NCBI GenBank assembly: GCA_964016885.1
Contig: OZ024757.1
Location: forward strand, 42,532,001-42,596,000
Origin: Eledone cirrhosa
Taxonomy: Eukaryota
Direction of reading: 5' to 3'
Length of the DNA stretch: 64,000 nt
The position numbers were made by a program, and so were the translations under genes. Positions 44,522 to 58,186 of the stretch are shown here, one piece after another (within the stretch, counting starts at the first letter, position 1; the number at the start of each line of letters is the position of its first letter). The notes beneath the pieces are model-generated. The model did no database searches, was not told where the DNA came from, and saw nothing but the letters and a program-made list of their open reading frames with translations.

Positions 44522-47500
44522 ATATATAGCGCTCTCTATACCTCCCTACCCATCTCTCTTTCAGGTATCTATCTACACATATCTGTCTATCTCTCTATCT
44601 AGCTATCTTTCTCTCTCAACCTAACTATCTCTCTCTTTATCTTACTCTTTCTACCTATATAACGTGAGTGTGACTGTCAGACAGACAGCACTCTTATAAT
44701 GTAGATTATTATTAATGCGCTGTTTGTTTCCCCCCTCCCCCTATCTCTGTGTTTCTAGGTTTTGTGATAACTCAACTTGTGACATCTGTTGGTTCCGATG
44801 GCCACAGTATGGCTCTTGCTGAAAGTGGTGAAGTATTTAGTTGGGGTGATGGTGATTATGGTAAACTTGGTCATGGAAATAGCGACAGACAGCGCCGGCC
44901 TCGACAGATTGAAGCTCTTCAAGGAGAAGAAATTATTCAGGTTGCTCTCTTTGCTATGTTTTTTATTATTTCATTTCATCTTATCTTTTCCTTCTCCAAA
45001 GATGTATAAAAACTGCATACAGATGTGTAAAAACTGCATAAAGATGTAATAAAATGACATATAGATGTATTAAAATGACATACAGATGTTTAAAAAGCTA
45101 CATAAAGATGTTTAAAAGCTACATAAAGCTGTTTAAAGACTGTATAAAGATGTATAGAAACTGCATAAAGATGTATTAAAGTTATATACAGATGTATAAA
45201 ATTACATAAAGATGTTTTAAAATGATTAAATGTTACAATAAATATAGAATATTTAAAAAGGTGTTTAAAAAGGAAGAAGTCCAACTTTAATAAAAGCCCA
45301 AACAAAATTGATATTTTATGTAATTTCTGAACATAATTCTCTTCCCTTTCACTGAAACCAATGTAATGTGATGTGAAGACTGTCATTCTCAACCCTCTTC
45401 TTCTCTCTGGCTTTCTCTACAGTTGGCCTGCGGATTCAAACACAGTGCTGTCGTCTCCCATGACGGTGTGTTGTTTACATTTGGTAACGGAGACTATGGA
45501 CGGTTAGGGTTGGGTTCCAATTCTAACAGGAAAATTCCAGAAAGAGTGACTGCCTTAGAAGGTCATAAAATAGGCTACGTGAGTAAACTGTCTTGGTACT
45601 TCTTTAAGTAAACTGTCTAACTACTAGTATCTGTTATTACAGGCTGTGTAGAGTCTTAGTACTTCCTTGTGACTCTATCTGTTACTATAGGCTGTGTTTA
45701 GTAAACTACTAACTACTACTGTGCGACTATATCTCTATGTGTATGTGTTAACTAATATAAAACACGGTGTATGTATATATGTGTGTGTGTATTATTAATA
45801 TTAGTATATATAAGTGTGTGTATGTGTTAACTAACACTGCTTTTCTATTTGTCAGGCGGCTTGTGGCTTGAACCATTCATTGTGTGTGTCCAAAGACGGT
45901 TCCACTGTTTGGGCTTTTGGTGATGGAGATTACGGTAAACTTGGACTAGGCAATTGTGCCGCTCGCTCCCTTCCGACCAAAATTGAACTCCTCCAGGGTC
46001 AGACAATCAAGAAGGTCTGTTGTGGGGCTCAATTCTCTATTGCACTGGCCAAAGACGGCAAAGTATTCTCATGGGGTCAAGGTAGGTATCACCCTAGATT
46101 CCACATTACAGTTGTTCACTCATATCTCACCATTCTTCACATTCCTCACATTCTGTCACACCACCATACCAGTCATTCAATGAGCCACAAGAAACCACTA
46201 TGTAGTTGATCCACCTTCTGAAAACAGCAGCTAAATCCCCCTCAAATCATCACCCAATGGGAAGTCCACAGAAAAGTGCTGAAAATGATCCCCAAAAGAC
46301 CTGTTGAAACTAAAAATAACACATTTACAATGTGTGGCCTAATGGTTAGGGTGTTGCACTGACAATCATGTGGTCTTGGGTTCGATTCCTGCTCTGGAAA
46401 ATGTGTTGGGTTCTTGAGAGAAATACTTCATGTTTTTTTACATTGCTTTTTCATAAGACTGGGGGCTTTCTATCATCAAAACACTTAAGAAACCTCCTAT
46501 GAGATATAACCTCAGGAGGCCAGGTAAACATATATAGGTGTGAACTGTAATAATACACATATATTTATATGATAGGACTGGGGCCCCTTATCAATAAAAC
46601 ATCCAAGAAAACTCCTATGAGTTAGAGGAGACCAGCTAAACATACATGTCCAACTCTTGTTAGCAGGGAAAGTGGACATTAAAACTGACAATGATGATGT
46701 AGGTGTGAGCTGTCTAGTTTTTCATTTAAAATGCTGAGAAGCTGGCAAAAGACTAGTAGATGTGGCGGAAAATTGTTCCTGGGTGACTGCCATATAAGGA
46801 AAGTAGCTGGGCCAGAAGTGGGGAGAACAGCCTTAATTACTCCCTCCTACCACCACCACCCCTTCCAACCCTGTCTATTTGTTACCTAACATCCCTCCCT
46901 TCTCCTTTGTAGATCGATTCATTGGTTTGCCGGAACCGTTGTGGAGAAATCACACGAAGCCTCAACAGATTCCAGCCCTTGCTGACTTCTTCATCATAGA
47001 CATTGGCGTCGGCTCCGAACACACAATTGTGCTGAGCAACGAAGGTGATGTGTGGGTGTGGGGCAGCAACGCAGAAGGCCAACTGGGAAATGGCACCACC
47101 AACAGCATCCGTGAACCCCAGAAGATTGTAGAACTCTCTGGCAAAAATATCAGACAAGTACCTATCATTATTTAACTTTGATTCATTATACTTCAGTTCA
47201 ATACATGTCACTTGATATCTGGTTTAGTACTGTTCATTTGAACTTAGTTCTACATAGTTGATCTCTGTTCTGTAAAGTTGATCTCTATTCAGTACAGTTC
47301 AGTTGAACTGTTTCATTCCAACTTTTAGATGTACTGAAGCAATGATGAGAATGTAAAAGGACATAATGAAATACTTCAAGGTATTTTTGTCCGACGCTCT
47401 ATCGATTCTGCCAATCTACCTCCTCCTCTAATGATAACAAAAACAAAACCCCTGAATTTCTTTGTTTCAGATCTCAGCTGGCCGCACCCACAGTGCTGCA

Positions 47501-50500
47501 TGGACAGCTCCTCCCCCAGTGAAACATAGCCCTGGCAGTGGTACCGACCTCCAACTGGGTACCCCAGAGAGTATTCCACCCCAATATGCCTTAATCAAAG
47601 AGAATAGTATTGAAGATATCAGGCAGCGGCTCAACTTACTTCACCGTTTCTCAAACCTAATGTACACATCATGGCGACTCTTCAACTTGATACCAAATCA
47701 TGTAAGTAACATCTGACAACTTTCTCTCAGATTAGCTTACCTCTATGTCTCTTGTCTTCTAGATTGTTCTGTGTCTCTAGCAGACTGGCCTCTTCTCTCT
47801 GGCTATCTATCTCTACCTATCTGTCTATCTGCCTATTTGTCTATCTGTCTATCTCTCTGCCTGACGTGCAATCCCGACCAGATCCATACACGACAACCTC
47901 CACCTCATGTGATACATCATAGAGAGGGTGGCTTCGGTGGGGCCCTGATCAACTTGGATCAGTCTAAGGCTTTCGATAGGGTTGACCATCGTTACCTGGA
48001 TGCGGTGCTCGAGGCGGCAGGCTTCGGACCTGTGTTCAGGGGCTGGATTGCTGCAATCCACAACAGCAACATCTGCTCAAGGGTCAAGGTGAACAGCTAC
48101 CTCTCGAAGCCGTTCCATATCACGCAATCCATTTGACAGGGATGCCCTCTCTCCTCCCTTCTGTACGTACTAACTCTTGAGCCACTACTGCGGAAGTTGG
48201 AGCTATTGCAGGGCATCCCTCTGGAACCAGGACTGCGGAAAGCGGCGTCGGCCTACGCCAACGATGTGACAGTAATGGTGTCGAGCACCTCGCAAATCGA
48301 GGAGGTTGGCACCTTACTGAAGGAATACGAAAGGTTCACAGGAGCGAAGTTGAACCGGGACAAGTCCATCGGTTTTCAACTCGGATCGTGGAGAGGCAAC
48401 CGATGCCTTCCGATGGCGTCGTCGGACGCTGGACGGAAGGACCGGTAAAGTTGCTCGGGGTCTGGTTTGGTCCGGACTTCCAGGTGGAGAAGAACTGGAA
48501 CAAGGTGACGGCCAAGGTGTTTGCACTCACCCAGAAGTGGGCCGAGTGCAAACTATCCTTGAAAGGTCGAGCGGAGGTGGCGAACACTTTTATAGTGTCC
48601 GTCATCTACTACCGCTTGACCGTCGTGCCTTGTCCAGCCAAAACGCTCACCAAAATGGAGCACGCGCTCTTCCAATTCCTTTGGAAGAAGCGGGCTCTTT
48701 TGGTGAGAAGATCCATCTGCTGCCAACACCCTTCCAACGGAGGGCTGGGGATGCCGTAGCTGACGATGTGCAAACACGCGCTCAGGCTGCGGCATCTCTA
48801 TGTATTCCTCACCGGACAACCGGTGTGGGCCCTGTTCGTGAGGCGAGCCTTCTCGCTGACCGAGCTGCAGTCCTGGGTCAGCCAAAGACCGAGGGTCAAG
48901 CAAAGACCGAAAATGGGCGACTGGCACATCGAATGTGCTCAGGCGCTCACAGCAATCTGGCAGGCAGAATTGGCGATCAGTGGAGACTCCACTTCGTCAT
49001 TCTATAGAGGGTTGATCCGCAGTAAGTGCGACAACGCGCTCGGAGAAGCTCTAGGCATAGAGGAAGACGAACTGACCAGTCTGTTCGGTAGGACCTTCCG
49101 CCCGGGACCGATGGACAACTTCCAAAAGTCCCTGACCTGGCAGTGCTACCGAGGAGCTCTACCAGTTTGAGACAAGCTCTACAGACATGGGCGCCCGGGC
49201 AAGGACCCTTCGAAAAAGATCTGTCCGAGATGCATGCGAGACGAAGAAACCGTTGCACACGCATTCATACACTGCCCGGGCGTTACCGACCTGTGCGGCT
49301 ATGTAGAACGACTATTGTCGCAGATGGGACCAATTTGACCACCGAGTCCATTGTCATGATCAAACTGCCACCCTCCTTCAAAAACTAAGGAGAGGCGGTT
49401 TTCCTTTGTGTGATAACTATGACGAAAGAGGTTGTATGGTGGACAAGGTTGAAAGGGCTGAGGTCAGACACCTTTCTCTCCGGCCAACAACTGATTCTTT
49501 TTTTCAAATACCACTTTGGAAGAAGAATCAGGATGGAGAGAGAGATGCTGTACCCCATCAAGTTTTATGAAAGGTGGGTGAAAGTGGCGAGAATGGCCCG
49601 AGTGAATGGGCCTTCTCTCTATATCAGCCTGTAGGTTGAGGAAAAAGAGGAGGAGAGGAAAGGAGTCAAACTCTTCGTACTCCTGGAGATGAGGGTTGCA
49701 CATTTTTTCGGGGGTATGTGTTACCCATATGAAATGTCTCCCCCTACTGGGGAAAATCGATTAACTTTTAAATTGTATTTGTGATAATATTTTACACGTT
49801 TTTATTGTATGTAAACTTCCCCCTTTGTATTTGTCCCCTTCTTTTGTGCCCCTGTGGCTAATAAAGAAACATATCTACCTATCTGTCTATCTATCTGCCT
49901 GTCTCGCTCTATCATCTACACACCACACCACACACATCTACACTACACACATCTACACACCACAAAACACACCACACACAATTACACTACACACAAACAC
50001 ACCACACACATCTACACACCACATATATACATTAATAATTCAACAGTTGTCACTGTCTTCTATTTCAGGGTGATATGGGTTACTTTCAACTTGGTTTAAA
50101 TGGAATCCTGAGTGGCCCAATGAGGCCCCTCCTGTCACCTCAGGTCTACACTTTACCCATGGTCAGGTCGCTGGGGAAGACAATGGTTCAAGGAAAGAAC
50201 TTTGGTCCGCTGGTCACTGTGAAGAGGTTACCAACCAGGTGCGTGGGGTCACCACATCTGTAGTGGTGTGGTGTAGTCACAGCATTTAATACACTGGGAT
50301 GTGGTGGCTACTGTTGTAGTGTGGTGTCTGGCTGTGAACTTAGTGTGTAGTGGTGAATGTCATGTATGTCGTTGTGTAATATGGGAAGGTGTATTTGTCT
50401 GTTTAAGGCCCTAATTTCTGTCCTCTCTCCCACTAGATGTCACCACCACTATCCTAACACTCCTATCTCCCACTAGATGTCACCACCACTATCCTAACAC

Positions 50501-53500
50501 TCCTATCTCCCACTAGATGTCACCACCACTATCCTAACACTCCTATCTCCCACTAGATGTCACCACCACTATCCTAACACTCCTATCTCCCACTAGATGT
50601 CACCACCACTATCCTAACACTCCTATCTCCCACTAGATGTCACCACCACTATCCTAACTCTCCTATCTCCCACTAGATGTCACCACCACTATCCTAACTC
50701 TCCTATCTCCCACTAGATGTCACCACCACTATCCTAACTCTCCTATCTCTGACTAGATGTCACCACCACTATCCTAACTCTCCTATCTCCCACTAGATGT
50801 CACCACCACCCTAACTGTCCTACTTTCTATTTTATCTGCCACCAGAGGTAAGAAATGTAAACCCATCTTTGTCCAAGTGGCTCGGCAGGTGGTGAAGATG
50901 AAGCCTGAAGATCTGCGTCTCCCTGCCAGAGCGTGGAAGGTGAAGTTAATTGGAGAAGGAGCAGATGATGCTGGGGGAGTCTTTGATGACACCATTACAG
51001 AGATGTGCCAGGTAAGTACACACACCTGTGTGTGTATGTCACATATGTATGTATGTGTGTGTGTACATTGATGTTTCATGTGTGTATGTATGTGTAATGT
51101 ACCATGTTTATATGTGTGAGATGTGCCATGATGTATGTACACATTATGTTGTTATATATTATTTTATATTATATTATTTTTGCAGGAACTGGAGAAAGGT
51201 TTTGTGCCATTGCTGATTCCAACCCCAAATGAACGACATGAATCTGGAAACAACAGAGATAGGTAAGGGACCATATCAGTGTACATATACCCACACACCC
51301 TTGCTATGTCTGTCTGTTTGTGCCTGTGTGTATGAGTCTGTCTATGTGTGTTTGTGTATGTGTGAATATCTCTGTGCCTAACCACAATGCCCTCTCCCTT
51401 CTTCCCCTGTGTAACCCCCCACATGTATCATATCTCTCTCTCTGTCTCTGCAGATTCCTGCTAAACCCGTTATTGTCTTCTGAGGAACACATGAATATGC
51501 TGAAATTCCTTGGAGTGTTGTTTGGTGTTGCCATCCGTACGAAGAAACCATTAGATCTTCACTTAGCTCCGTGTGTCTGGAAACTTCTGGCTGGAATGGT
51601 GCTAGACATCAGTGACCTAGAAGAAGTAAGTATATAAACATATAATACATATATTGGTCAAATATTGGGCCTAGCAACCTTGGCAAGTGCTTTTATTCTA
51701 TGTATGAACATTAATAAATAATATAATATATAAATAATATTATATTTGGTATAAATCAAAGTTGTAATTGCTATATAGCAGGTACTAATCAATTTGTTTG
51801 AGGCAATCACAAAGCACTCAATAGAGCGGTATGTTAATGCATTATCGTCCAGAATAAACACAGCTGTTAAAAAGTGTGACACCAAGAAAAATGACTGAAG
51901 GCAGTGCCAGGCCATACATATACCACAACAACGATAAATAGAGAAATGTGGAAATCTAACCTGGACCATCTCTTATTGATTACAATCGATATAATCAAAT
52001 AAAATTTCATATATGTAATATTCTTACATAAGGTAGCTCTGGAATGGGTTTTTTAAAATCTTATTTCCATTGAACTTTCTACAGAACAATGAAATTGAGA
52101 TGTTTTTATTTCGATTTATTTTTTATATACATATATAATATATATATATGATGATGATATATAATATATATATATGATGATGATATATAATATATATATA
52201 TGATGATGATATATAATATATATATATGATGATGATATATAATATATATATATGATGATGATATATAATATATATATATGATGATGATATATAATATACA
52301 TATATGATGATGATATATAATATATATATATATGATGATGATATATAATATATATATATATGATGATGATATATAATATATATATATGATGATGATATAT
52401 AATATACATATATGATGATGATATATAATATATATATATATGATGATGATATATAATATATATATATATGATGATGATATATAATATATATATATGATGA
52501 TGATATATAATATATATATATGATGATGATATATAATATATATATATGATGATGATATATAATATCATCATCATATATATATATTATATATCATATTATC
52601 ATAATATGATGATGATATATAAATGATGGAGAGATGCTGTGCTGAAGAGGACCCGTCTCACCCTTGCAAGCAAGGAAAAAAGACATAGAATGATGATATA
52701 TATAAAATTAGTTACAACAGTGACTTATACAGGTACTTAAGTTTCGTTGGGTTATACACTCCAACTCATGCAGCCTGTTATAAAAATAAAGATGGCCTCT
52801 GGTGGTTGAATGTGATTTCTTTTGAGAAATATATATATGTGTGTGTGTCTCTAATATATATTTGCTGGAGAGGTTATAACGTTACACCAGTGTCTATATA
52901 TCTTAATTATTTATTCCAATCTCTTCCAGGTAGACAATTTCTTTGTCCAGACCATGGCTGGTATACGCAACATCCAGGAGAGCGGAGTTAATGAAACAAA
53001 CTTTCATGAAGTACGTACTTTTCCCCCAGTCCACCCTGTAAGGTGGTCATACTGGTGCCATAACAAAAGACACCCAGTCCACCCTGTAAGGTGGTCATAC
53101 TGGTGCCATAACAAAAGACACCCAGTCCACCCTATAAGGTGGTCATACTGGTGCAATGTAAGAAAGCACCCAGTCCACTCTGTAATGTGGTTGGCGTTAG
53201 GAATGGCTTCTAGCCATAGAAAGCCAAGCTAAATATAGATTGGATGAGCAAGACATGGTCACCTGACGTTAAATGGTGATGTGTGTGTCACTGTGTATAT
53301 ATGTCTGTGTGTGTATATATATCACTATATATACACACGCTGTGTGTGTGTATATATATCACTGTATATGTCACACTCTGTGTGTGTATATATGTCATAC
53401 TGTGTATGTGTGTATATCATTATCTCATTGTTGTTTGTGTTGCAGTATATACCACTGGACAGTTTTGAAGGACAGAGTGCCTCAGGCCAGATGCTCCCTA

Positions 53501-53752
53501 TAGTGTCGGGTGGCAAGAGTATTCCACTAACATTCCACAACAGGAAGGCCTACACTGAGGCTGCAACTCTCTATCGCTTGCATGAGATGGATAAACAAGT
53601 ATGTATATAATATTTCATTGTCTAGACCCTCCCTAACCCCAGCGTAGCACTGGTAGAGTATACCCAACTCTGACAACACACATATATGTCCCCCCTCTAT
53701 GTCTACAACTACATTATCTAATATGACCCCCTATATATATATATAACAATGG

Positions 53753-53806
<54 letters not shown>

Positions 53807-53812
53807 CAATGG

Positions 53813-53850
<38 letters not shown>

Positions 53851-55761
53851 GAGAGGTATAGAGATTGTTTTAGCGAGAAGCTAACAGCATTCTATAACAT
53901 ATATGTGACTATAACGTCAAGATGGGAAAAGTAGTTAACGTAGGGTTTAGGAAAAATAATTCGAACTCATCTCAAAAGAGAATCAGGATATAAATTCATC
54001 CACAGAATTTAGTGAAATCCAGGGAAAAATCAATAGACCTTTAACTCATGATAAAATAAAGTTTAAAACACTTATCCTTCAATTTGGAATAACATCAAAT
54101 GCTCTGTATAGTCTTAAAAGACTATTTCATGAAAACTTTCAGTGGAGATGGTCACGGTTGGATTTCATTCATCAGCAGAGCTCAACAGAAAACCAGGGCT
54201 CTCACAGTATTATAATCCGGAAAAGGGAATTCTAAAACTGGCTAGTTCGCCATCATGTGTAATTATGAAAAAGCACATGAGGAAAAAACGGGGCTAGTGA
54301 CGTCAGGATGGAAGTGAATGTTTATTTACGAGAAATAGCAGTCAAATACATTCTGAAAAAAACTCTACAAAAGGAGTTCAGCAAATAGCAATAATTATCA
54401 CAGTTTTTATGAAAAAAACCGGGATTAGTCACAGATAGTTTAAGCACTCTAGGAAAAGAATCCGAGTATAAATATAAATGAGAGGTATAGAGATTGTTTT
54501 AGTGAGATATATATATAACAATGGTTATATATATATATATATATAACAATGGTTATATATATATATAACAATGTTTATATATATATATATATAACTGTTT
54601 CTACTTTAGGCACAAGGCCAGCAATTACCCAGTGCATTACTGGTACTTTATTTTATCGACCCCGTAAGGATGAAAGGCAAAGTCAACCTCGGCGGGATTT
54701 GAACTCAGATCGTAAAGGGACGTAACTATGCTGGAAAGCATGGCGTCCGACCCTTTACTGATACTGCCAATCGATATATATATAACAATGGTTATATATA
54801 TATATATATATAACAATGGTTATATATATATATATATAACAATGGTTATATATATATATATGTCTAGTTGTGTCCATCCATGTTAGTCTGCTCATGAGAG
54901 GAATGAGTTAAAACGAAGGAAGGAAGATGGTGAAAATTCTACAGCAAAAAAAAAAAAAAAATTCAAACAGTATATACGAGATAGGGTATCAAATTACAGC
55001 CCTTTGCAGCTAGGGTGCCGCACTATGGCACTGCTGGGCTAAGGTAGCACACTATGGTACTGGGGAGCTTCAGTGAAACAGTATGAAAATATGGAGCTAG
55101 GGTGACCCTCCTCCCCTCCCACTCCATGGCAATGGGGAGATATGGTGGAAAAATACAGGACTTTGAAGCTGGGGTGCCGTACTATGGCACTGCGGAGCTA
55201 GGGTGGCACACTGTGAAGCTAGTATATATATATATATATATAAATGGCATATGATTATGGTTGATTGTTGTTGCTGTTGTAGGTTGCTGCTGTCCGAGAA
55301 GGTATGGCCTGGATTATCCCGGTCCCTCTTCTTTCCCTCCTCACAGCCAGAAATCTTGAACAGTTAGTCTGCGGCATGGAACAGGTCTCCATTGATGTCT
55401 TACGAAAAATTGTGAGGTAAATAACTATGTGTGGTGGTGTGGTGTGGTGGTGGTGGTGTGGAGGTGGGGTGGAGGTGGGGTGGTGGTGGTGTGGTGATGG
55501 TGTGGTGATGGTGTGGTGGTACTTGGTGTCAACTGATCACCATCTAGTTATCTGCAACTTGAGACTACCTGTAGCCAAAGAAACCCACAAAACTGACGAC
55601 AGGATAATGTTGGAAGCGTTGGTGGATAAGGATGTCAGGACCAGGTTTGCAGATACTCGGAGAACTCCCTGAGCAAACTGAGTACTCCTACGGTTATGTC
55701 TTTCTGCTTTCTAAAGGCAATATTTCGTCGTAGTTTTATTTGAAATATTTACTTCTAATAA

Positions 55762-55820
<59 letters not shown>

Positions 55821-58150
55821 TGTAAAGTGGTCGTGTAGGTGTCATGACAAAAAGCATCCAGCCATAGAAATCTAGCCAGAAACAGTTGTATCTGAGCAAG
55901 ACATGGTCACCTGACCCAACATGCCTCTAATGGGACAAAACTGTGTAAGTGTAACCCATGCTAGCGTGGAAGATAGATGTTAAATGATGATGATGATGAT
56001 GAAGTACAAGTCAGCAGTTTATAATTCACTTTCTTCATACCCTGCATACTAAAATATTGGTGATAAACTAACATATACTCTAATATATATATATATATAT
56101 ATTTAGTTATGTAATAAACAACATAAGATAATTATTTCATTTACCAGTGGTTTCTTGAAGGCAGATATTTATATCTGTCTTCAGTCGTCAGAATGAATGT
56201 GTTTTTATTTAATAAAAACACCATGTTATTCATTCTGACGACTGAAGACAGATATAAATATCTGCATTCAAGAAACTGGTAAATGAAATAATTATCTTAT
56301 GTTGTTTATTACATAACTAATAAGCTCTGTAGCCTACATAGAGCACTCTCTTTTCCTGTACCTTTCCTACGGAAATACTTCATTTATATATATATATATA
56401 TATATTTTTGCTTTGCGAAGTTTTTGATATGAAATCGTGTGTCGAAGCAAATATTGTTATACTTGGGGAGGGTCATATTGTTGTAATAATATTGCCAGAA
56501 TTAATAACAGAACACACTCACTGTTTGGTTGGTTTTCGCTTCAGTATCTTTTATATCAGTTAATTTATTCAGTCCTCAATGATTACCATTGACTGACCAA
56601 CGGTCAAAAATACAGATATAATATAGACACAAACACATATATATAGTCTAACAAACTTCTTTCATTGCACATCTGCAACATCGTCAGTGGTGCTATTATG
56701 TTTCCTCCTGTTGTATTGTATGCCTACGCCATCTTTATTTAATCTGTTTATTTATTTATTTATTTTTGTCTTCTTCTCTGCGTTTGCGTGTGTGTATAGT
56801 GTTTGATGTGTGTTCGCGTTTGGGTGACTGTTTTGGTTATTGTATTCTATCTTAGTTTACTAGTGTGTGTTTATATATGTTTGTTGTTATTGTGCTTGTG
56901 TATATATTTATTTATTTATTTATATTTCTCTTAGGTCAGTATTGTTTGTTTGGGTGTTGTTGTTATTCCATTCATTTTTTCTGTTTAGCTTTGGCCTTCT
57001 AAGTTCTATTTCACTGACCTCTCTGATTTGCCTATCTGCTGAGTCATTTCTATGTTGTCTATGTTACCGTCATGTTGTTGTCTCGCGTGTTCGTATAGTA
57101 CTGACCCGTTTTTTCGTCCTTTTAGTTCCCCCCAGTGTTGGTCTATCCTTTCACCTATGCTACGAGCTGTCTTGCCTATGTATGTTGTTGTCATGTTTCT
57201 GCAAGTACCCTCTGTACATCTTATGCTATAGACTACGTTTCTAGTTTTACAGTTTATCCGGGGGTTTACTTTACATATAATACATTTCCTATTAGTACAG
57301 TGGGTTTTCTTAAAAGGGTATGTTTTGCTGATCAGGGATTTTATGGTGGTTCCTGGCTTTTCTACCACCTTAATCTTTAAGTGGGTCTTTCTCAGGGCCT
57401 TTCTACACTGGTTAGCTAATTTCCCTCCAGGGGTAGCATCCACGAACATGACACTCTGGTATCTCTGGTTGTTGTACCATGAGGTGGCTTTCCCAACAGT
57501 GAGTGTGTTCTGTTATTAATTCTGGCAATATTATTACAACAACATGACCCTCCCCAAGTATAACAATATATATATATATATAAAATGTCTATCCGTGTGT
57601 CTATTGTTGTTCCAGGTACCGAGGTATTGAAGAATCTAGTCCGGTGGTCACATGGTTCTGGAAAGTTCTCGAAACATTTGCCAATGAAGAACGGATTCAG
57701 TTTCTTCGTTTCGTGTCTGGACGGACACGGCTTCCTGCAAACTCTTCAGACATTTCACAGAGATTCCAAATCATGAACTCGGACAGGGTGAGTATTGCTG
57801 GGCACTCTGGTGGGGTTGGGGGGTACTGAGGCGCACTGGTGGGGTCAGGGTGCTGGTGAGTATTGCTGAGACTGGTATGTAGGAAGACATTCTCTCTCTC
57901 TTCAATAAAGTCTCTCTATATCTCTTGCTATCTTTCTCTATCGCTCCCTCTCTTTAATAAAGTTTCTCTCTCCCTGTCTCTCTATCTCTCTCTCTCGCTA
58001 TATATGTATATATATATATATATATATACACATATATATTACACACAGACACACTCTTTCTCTCTCTCTATATATGTATATATCTCACTTTATCTCTATA
58101 TCTGTCTCACCTTCATTCAGCTTTTCTCTTTCTCTCTCTCTCTCTCTTTA

Positions 58151-58186
<36 letters not shown>

